NCBI GenBank assembly: GCA_951406725.2
Contig: OX597815.1
Coordinates: forward strand, 196,292,001 to 196,356,000
Direction: 5' to 3'
Source: Octopus vulgaris
Lineage: Eukaryota
DNA: 64,000 nucleotides
Below the pieces are notes generated by a model. It was given only the letters and a program-made list of their open reading frames with translations. It had not been told where the DNA came from and searched no databases. Both the position numbers and the translations under genes were made by a program. Below are positions 56,150 to 64,000 of this stretch, in pieces. How positions within the stretch are numbered: position 1 is the stretch's first letter; each line of letters starts with the position of its first letter.

Positions 56150-56510
56150 TCAAACATTTAATTTTGGAGAGAATTTTCTGATGAAGTATAGATCAATTGC
56201 TTTTCAGTATTGCAGGTCATCCCCTGAACATTTGTAAAAGACAAAGGTTTATAAATTTCCCCTCGTAGCATATTTCCAGATGCTTGCTTGACGGAATATT
56301 GCACAATTCCTCTTATCGAATATGCTGCCTGTGGATGCTTCTACGTTGCTAGAGGGAACTGCTTGTTACTCTAATGTACTTTTCTTCGTGGGTAGGCAGG
56401 TAATGAAGTACACGAGTTTCTGCGTTTTGCAGTTCGTATCTGCATATATTTTGAACAAGTATCCGCTCTTGAATTTTATGTGGGAACCACTTTCTAAGAA
56501 TTTAATATTG
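56150..56510 (-). pseudogene. Penelope-like GIY-YIG endonuclease remnant
   Basis: Reads FKSGYLFKIYADTNCKTQKLVYFITC, frameshift, EEKYIRVTSSSL*QRRSIHRQHIR...SKHLEIC...FYKC...FIRKFSPKLN. Confidence 0.8.
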
Positions 56511-56559
56511 TTGTTGTTTTGTTGTTGCATGTTCCACTTCTCCAGTTTCCACATTCTCG

Positions 56560-57033
56560 AGAAATTGGGTTCTCGAGGTTGCCATTAAGCTCTGTAGTAA
56601 TTCTGTACTTTTGTGATCCTGTCTAACAATTCGCATAAGAATCCGACGGTCCCTATGTGATAGCTTTGGTTTTCTTCCAGTGTTTTGTTTCGACGAGGTG
56701 TTTTTTCCCCTGTTTCTTAAAGGCTTTCATTACTTTCTAGACAGTACTTCTTGATACACCAAACATTTAGGCTGTTTTCGTTGCATTAGCGCCTGCCCTA
56801 CGGACACCAACAATTGGACCTCTTTGAAAGTACGATAGATCTGTTATTTAATGAATTTGAATTACCTTTTTCTGATGATATCTGAAAAGAAAATTTTAGC
56901 AAAATATTTAAAGCAACACTAATAATAAATAGAATAAAAAACATGAAAATAAACAAGAATTTGATGGTTTTATAGATATTTCAAATTTATTATGGTACGA
57001 TGCTAGGTGTTTCCATTATTTGTGCAACCCCTG
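56560..57033 (-). pseudogene. Tc1-like transposon left end with decayed transposase N-terminus
   Basis: TA|CAGGGGTTGCACAAATAATGGAAACACC TIR; reads TDLSYFQRGPIVGVRRAGANATKTA*MFGVSRSTV...GRKPKLSHRDRRILMRIV. Confidence 0.88.
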
Positions 57034-57064
57034 TATATTTAATTTGTCATAGAACGTCTTATCT

Positions 57065-57288
57065 TCCTTGTGCCACTTTAAGAAAAGATGAAAAATGCAT
57101 TCAGTGATGACCGCACACCATCCATTCCATTATTTACCCCATCCCAAAACTGACATCTTGGAAAGGTCCCCATCCTTGAACTCTTGTATACAATGGTAAA
57201 TAACTAACTAAATAAGTAAATGGTAAATACATGCCAAATCGAAAAGAAATCCCTCCTTCCTCCTTCTCTCTACCTATCTATCTGCCTG

Positions 57289-57367
<79 letters not shown>

Positions 57368-57580
57368 CCATTGTCCTGGAAGATCACCCAAAATAACGAA
57401 AGAAACAATATTCTTCTCATCTAATTGAAACGAAAAATAAAACCCGTTTGCACATTCAGAATATTATTTGACAAGTTCGAAAACGAACGAAGGCGCTGAC
57501 AATAATGAATAGATAAAAACTTTTTCCAAACTTCTGGTGACCTCCTTTTCTTTTTCTCTTTTTCACTCTGTATACATATA
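57065..57580 (+). repeat. Right arm of large inverted repeat with internal (TATC)n
   Basis: Reverse complement of the left arm at 53985-55215. Confidence 0.85.
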
Positions 57581-57619
57581 CATGTGTGTGTGTGTATACA
57601 TTTTATAATATATTTTATA

Positions 57620-57688
<69 letters not shown>

Positions 57689-58862
57689 GTCTATGTGTAC
57701 ATGTTGAATAAGATATATTATATATAACGCATAAGTAAATTTCTTCGTGCGCGTATGCGTGTGTGTGTTGTTCCCTAAGTTTATCAGTAAATATGCTTAA
57801 ATGTATAAAACAACAGTAATTTCGTTAGGTGCAGTTCAGTTGAAGGAATATCAATGGGAATTTCCGATTAAGTACAAATTGTTAGGCTTATTTTCGGAAT
57901 TTGTTTCCAGTAAAATTTTCAGACGAATATCTTGAAAATTTTATATTTATTCACATTTCTTGATAGAAGACAGAATTGGACATATACACAATAAAATATA
58001 GAACCCGTCCTTCTAAATCAAATATCTACGTTGGGTAATATTTATGTGAGTTAAGCGATACTTCAATGTTCGTGAGTGTATTTACCATATCAATGACGTT
58101 CTGCAATATATAACTATGAATAAAAGGTGCAGGTGTAATCCTCAACAGCCTCGAGAATGACAAGTAAATATGTAAAGGAAAACGTATATCTGTTGGCTAT
58201 CTTTTGAAGTCTATCATTTCGTGCATTTACAATAACATTTGCTTTTCTTAATCTTCATTTGATAGGGTTTCTAAACTATCTTCAGCGTTTCCCTAGCAAC
58301 TAAACCGCTTTCTTTAGTGTTCTTGTATTCATATTTGCAGTCTTAATTATGATATTTCTTTTATGGTTTTAACCTACTTATCTTTATATATTCTCTAGCT
58401 GAATAGCCCGTTGTTGCCAGGCAATTTTTACAGTAGAATGATTTATATAAAGTTTTGTTTATTCCCTGGCAGACCATGCCTTCCCCGACCGATAGGCTTC
58501 TTGATCAGGACAGATTTGTGCAATTTATATCAAAGAACTCCGTTGAAGATGTTTTACATATCTCTTCGACCCTTTCAAATGGCTTTATTCATTGAAACTT
58601 ATTAAAACTTCAGAAGTTCTTACAACTTTGGTCATCGTAATGATTTGCTTTCGTTTGTTTAGTAAAAATTCCTCCTCGTATTGATTCTGCTTTCAGTGAT
58701 AGACAGCTATCATGCAGAAAATGCCAGCTTCCAAATCCTGTTTCTGATTAGCAAAAATTTATTAAACTTTAAACCTCAGTAACATTGTTTCGGCAATTTT
58801 TCTGGAACACTTTAATAAAATCGGATTTGACGCGGAAAACTATTTCAATGTGGTAAAATTGA

Positions 58863-59005
58863 TCCGCCGAGGTCGACTTTGCCTTTCCTCTTTTCGGGGT
58901 CGATAAATTAAGTACCAGTTGCGTACTGGTGTCGAGCTAATCGATGCCCCCCGCCACCAAAAAAAAAGAAAGAAAATGTCGGGCCTTGTCCCTAGACTGG
59001 GAAAG
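58863..59005 (+). mobile_element. 5'-truncated SINE-C with alternative tail
   Basis: TCCGCCGAGGTCGACTTTGCCTTTC...AAGTACCAGTTGCGTACTGG. Confidence 0.85.
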
Positions 59006-59328
59006 AATATACCATTTGGACGTAATTAAAAATTTCACACGAACTGACAGCAACAGGGAAGAACTACAAAAATATAGAGACAGGTACTTACAGAACGTCA
59101 CACACGCACGCGCGCGCGCGCATACACATACAAACAAACACTCACGCACAGACACACTCAAACACATATACGCACATTGAAACACACATTTACAAACGTT
59201 CAGACAAGTAACCACGTGTTTAAAGTATAAGTATAGTAGACATATGTATGTAAGTATATATATGTATGTGTGTGTGTGTGTGTTTGTGTGTATTTATGTA
59301 TGTATATATATGTATATATGAATGTACG

Positions 59329-59388
<60 letters not shown>

Positions 59389-60489
59389 TGTGTATGTATG
59401 TATGTGTATGTGTGTGTGTCTATGCGTTTCTCTGCAACGGGCAGTAGAAAATCCACCTAACCCCTCACTCCTTAAAGCTACCTATTCCTCACACCCACGT
59501 TTCTTTTCCGTCCTTAGCGTTCTAAATGTTACTAATGACCGCTCTATTAACGTTTTTCACATTCCACTGCCACTCCATATTTATCGCTTACACAACGCCG
59601 CTTTTCCCTTCCCTGATATCAGCCACACTAACCATGCCACAGCATTTCCCTCATACTAAAACTCTTGCATCCTTCTCATTTTGTGAAATAAGAGTCCAAC
59701 CGCTCTAAGGCTCGATGATATCAATATGGAAGGCTCTTAAAATCAATTTTATTGATGCAAACAGATTCCAGTGAGATCTGAATCCTCTTCTAAGAAGGGA
59801 ATTCTGATATCGTTGGGTTCAAAATGAACTTTGATCGTTCTGATAATCATAAACATTAATATACCGGGGCCAAATTAATCGACCGCATAATTTCTTTGCC
59901 ATAAATGATTATAGATTTTTATTGGCATCTAATTCGTCTATAACTGAACTGAATGTTGGTTCAACACGTATGCAATGTTTCGTCAAGATTGGTCGACTAC
60001 TAAGCTGCCCAGTAACGAATTGTTTATATATATATACTTACATACATATGTTTACTATACTTATACTTTAAACACGTGACTACCTGTCTGAACGTTTATC
60101 CTGTTCATCCTGTTCTATTAGCAATATCACGCGTTTGAGAATAACTTATTTCTGTATCTTTAAATATATGAAAATGCAAGAGTATAAAAATAAAAAATAA
60201 AGTGCAAGGAAACCAGAACGGAGTCTGCTCAAACCATCTCTACGAACGTTTCAACGTTTGCTGTTTCACTCATCGTTAATGTACAATCCATTAAGGAAAT
60301 CCAACAGGAACACGTTTACATTAGGAGAAGACTTCACATTTCTGGTTATTATATTGTTCAACATATACATACATAAACACATACACACACACACAAGCGA
60401 ACACACACACACACACAAGCGAACACACACAAGCGAACATACACACACACATATATATATATATGTTTGATCGCTAAACCAACAAGTTT

Positions 60490-60635
60490 TTTATTCTCTC
60501 TCTGATTATCATCTCTTACTCATCTTTTGCTCATTTCTGTTGATGAGCTTAGGCTCGAAACGCAAAGGATTTTCTCACTTACCCGAGTGTCAAACTAATA
60601 CACCTGCTTGTTGTTCATACACCCGTCTTTGTCTG

Positions 60636-60640
<5 letters not shown>
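60490..60640 (+). mobile_element. Penelope-like terminal repeat with hammerhead-like motif (copy 3)
   Basis: TTT-CTGTTGA-T-GAGC-TTAG-GCTC-GAAAC-GCA-AAGG followed by CCCGAGTGTCAAACTAATACAC. Confidence 0.6.
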
Positions 60641-60670
<30 letters not shown>

Positions 60671-61329
60671 TATATATATGAAATTTTAAATTTCGTTCAA
60701 GGACCCCAGCACTACCTTTGGGGACCACCAAGGGGCCACGGACCTAAGGCTGGGGGAACAATGATATATACACCTGTTTATTGTTAGGGCATAGTAGAAA
60801 CGAGCTAAACAATGTCAATGAAAGTGAAATAGAGCGTGAAAGTATAATTAGGCAATACAATGGGAAAGGAAAATACACACACAAATATACATGTATTCTT
60901 GCATACATACTTGAATACATACAAGCACTCATATATACATGCATGCATACATACATACATGCATGCATGCATGCATACATACATACATACATACACGCAT
61001 ACATATATATATATATACATGCATGCATGCATACTTACATACATACATATATACATACATACACACACACATACATACATTCATATATACATACATACAT
61101 ACATATATACATTCCTACACACTTTTAATGAGTATTAAACGGATCATTATATGAAATGGAATTAATAGTCTTTCATTTGTCGATTTTTGATTAATGATTC
61201 ACAGTTGACATTATTACAGCTATTAGGAATTCTTTAGATACTGAATTAGATAGATGAATTGAAAGAGAGAGGAGAGAGAGAGAGAGAATAAAGAGCAGAG
61301 AGAGAGAGAGAGTAGAGAGAAAGTAAGTT

Positions 61330-63265
61330 GAGCGCGTGAGAGAGAGAAAGTGGATGAAGACTGTGTAAATGAGTGTTTTGAAAATGATATAACAGAGAAA
61401 TTTAGTGATGGAAATATATAGAAAATGAAAGTAAACCGCACTGACTTTGCTGCAAAAAGTTGACAACTGGGATTGTCAATTTTATGAAGAACTCCTGTCA
61501 GGCAAGCAAGATCTTTTGGTAAGAGCGTTCCAGATAAAATTACGAATTTGTTGAACGACATCATGGAAAATAATTTTAGAAACATTAAATTATATTCTTG
61601 TTATTCAATTATTTTCGCTAGCTTTCAGTGCCCGATACATTCATGCTATTTGAGGAATGTAGCGATTTTTAGATAATAAAAGGCGTAATAAATTATTTCC
61701 GGCTGTACGAAAAGCAGTTCGTTTGGATAAAGTACAGATGTACTTCACAGAGGTAAATAAGATCTAAATATTTGAGGCCAACTGCGGGGAAAACACACAT
61801 ATCATAGTATTGGTCATTGATTATATCATACATTTTTGATCATGTGGACCGGGGAACATACATACTACGGCTCTTGATAAATAGACAAAGGTGTGTCTTG
61901 AAATATATCGTTCGTTTAATAAGCAAATATACCTAAAACTTTATTAGCCATTCTCATGGCAACTTATATGCGAAATCACTATGCATAGAACGTCATGATT
62001 GAAGAATGTAAGGAAAATATCATGAATTAAGAATGTAACGAAAATATTAAAGAAATATCGAAAGATACAGCTTGAAGAATACGTACAAATACATTTGTTT
62101 TTATTGGTAATCACACTGTTGATAGCTGAAAGGTTATTTCTTTAAAAATTCGCCTCCTCTTAGAAAAACACCCCCAAAATATCAATATTGCAGTATGCGC
62201 TGAAATGATAGCAGTCAACTAAACCGCCATGATTTATCTATAAAATAGTATGATTGCACAACTGCTCCATTTGATGAGATTATCAAAATACCTCCATTAT
62301 TCTTCAATACTAAATAAACTTGTGCTTCCGAAGGAATGTTTCGATTCATAGAAGACTAACTGCAAGTTATTTTCAAATGAGCGATTAACAGTTCATTAAA
62401 AAAAATTACGGTTATATTTCACGGAAAGAGACGAAGTGAAACTATCAGAGACCAACACTTAAAAAATATATATGCGTACATTGTTCATATTGTGTAAGGA
62501 CGCGTGATATATACTCTATCCCTTTCAGTATCATCATGTGTTTTACAGTCTAGAAACTGGAATTAGACATTAATACAATCCTAAAAATGTAAAACTTCAC
62601 TCGTAAAATATCTATGTGTGTGTTTATGTGTGTTTTTGTTCGCATTTGTACTTGATAAGTTCGAGGCAGAACGATATGGTGCACTTGTTTAGAGAAAATT
62701 ATGGGATAAATTTAGAAAATTTTAAAAAGTAACTTATAAAAATATTTAAGTATAAAAATACTTAATTCCATAATTCTATAGTTGCAACACTCTTTGTGAT
62801 AGTCATGGTTTCATGAGTTTTTCTACAACGTCATAAACCTCAATTTATAAGTTTAAGTTTTCCTGATTTCTTCTTCCACTTAGTGCTCTAAAGTTCCGCC
62901 ATACTGAAGAGAAGCTGTGCCGCTGGAAACGACTTCATTATTAAATGAGTGACCATGCGACCTATTTATTTCGAATAAATTAGCGGGTATTTTCTACTTT
63001 CCAGTAAGATTGACAAGATTAACACTTTAGTCAAATTCATTGATACTGTCAAGAATTTGTGGCTAGAGTTATTTAGTGCGAGTATATATATTCATGAGTG
63101 TAAAACTCCTGTGAAGATGACCTAAATAGTGCCATTGAAAAATTGAATAAAAAAACTCATGCTTTAGAGGAGTATTATTCTGAAGCCCTTATTGCAGTTG
63201 ATGAGGGGATAAACATTGGTGAAGATTGTTTATTCAAGTAATCAAGAGCGAAATATATTGTCTTT
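61330..63265 (+). pseudogene. Possible ancient piggyBac transposase relic in two blocks (61330-61760, 63130-63265)
   Basis: AIFR..RRNKLF..VRKAVRLDK and EEYYSEALIAVDEGINIGEDCLFK*SRAKY resemble the piggyBac MSRNRF..LRFDD and VDE...C.F.QY...KYG motifs. Confidence 0.4.
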
Positions 63266-63291
63266 CTCATTATGATTAATACACGAGTTTA

Positions 63292-63597
63292 AAAAAACAT
63301 AAACGTCACCCTTTTCAAGCCTAGCCAGGCTTATGGGCCCGGTTTCTGTGGCGTATGTGTTCTCCCCAGCTGGACGGGACGCCAGTCCATCGCAGCTTTA
63401 CTCAAGAAACGGGAAGAGAGTGAGAGAAAGTTGTGGCGAAAGAGTACAACCGGAGTCGTCACCACCCCCTGCCGGAATTTCGTGGAGCTTTTAGGTGTTT
63501 TCACTCAATAAACACACACAATGCCCGGCCTGGGAATCGAAACCGCGATCCTCCGACCGCGAGTCCGCTGCTCTAACCACTTGGCCATTGCGCCTCC
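63292..63597 (-). mobile_element. SINE family A (tail type 2)
   Basis: 13-bp TSD ATACACGAGTTTA at 63279-63291 and 63598-63610. Confidence 0.93.
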
Positions 63598-64000
63598 ATA
63601 CACGAGTTTACTCTACTTAATACTGTGACAGAGTTAATAATATAGTTTAGAGAAGGATTTCTTATATTAATGTACTCTCGTGTCCTGTTCTGGGAAAAGA
63701 AAGGTTTCTGGAAATTTCAATTGTATAATGCTCTGCTTCATTTCTAAGATGCGTAGCTTTGGCATATAATTCTTCATTTATATTTATAACAACTCTTTCA
63801 AACAGAATGTTTTCAGAAAGTGAAACTATCATTCTATAATTTTCAAGATTTCCATCACCAAGAATAAAGAGCCAGATAAAAAATTATCCACCTTCCTGCC
63901 ATTCTCACTTTGTATGTGAAAATTAGATTATTTACACAACCCCAAAGATGTTGCAATTTGATTCATAAGTCGATGATATCAATATGGAAGGCTCTTAAAA

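Noticed and set aside
60695-60765. GC-rich GGACCCC...GGGGCCACGGACC patch resembling a hAT MITE end
   Set aside because: Too short; no partner TIR or 8-bp TSD found.

Overview
Eukaryotic, AT-rich, microsatellite-saturated DNA with no confidently identifiable host protein-coding gene. The SINE families, microsatellite load and TE mix match what I recall of octopod (Octopus-like) genomes; this assignment is inference. Almost all supplied ORFs are translations of (TA)n, (TG)n, (TATG)n, (TATC)n or trinucleotide repeats. The window is a layered transposon graveyard. It holds four tRNA-derived SINE families (my labels A-D, several with clear TSDs) and 5'-truncated LINE remnants (RTE, CR1, R4/Dong, Tx1-like). 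It also holds Penelope-like pieces with hammerhead ribozyme motifs, mariner/Tc1/piggyBac relics, GGGATC-ended foldback elements and two non-autonomous Helitrons. Most interesting: a near-canonical type I hammerhead at 8752-8829 (-) plus degenerate relatives; a Tx1-like LINE associated with (TATC)n whose 3' end matches the SINE-C tail; a ~3.6 kb inverted-repeat structure giving a filled/empty site comparison; a three-TIR foldback element nested in a mariner MITE; and a speculative two-exon minus-strand micro-gene. I see no clear evidence of a wholly new biological system beyond these TE-level observations.
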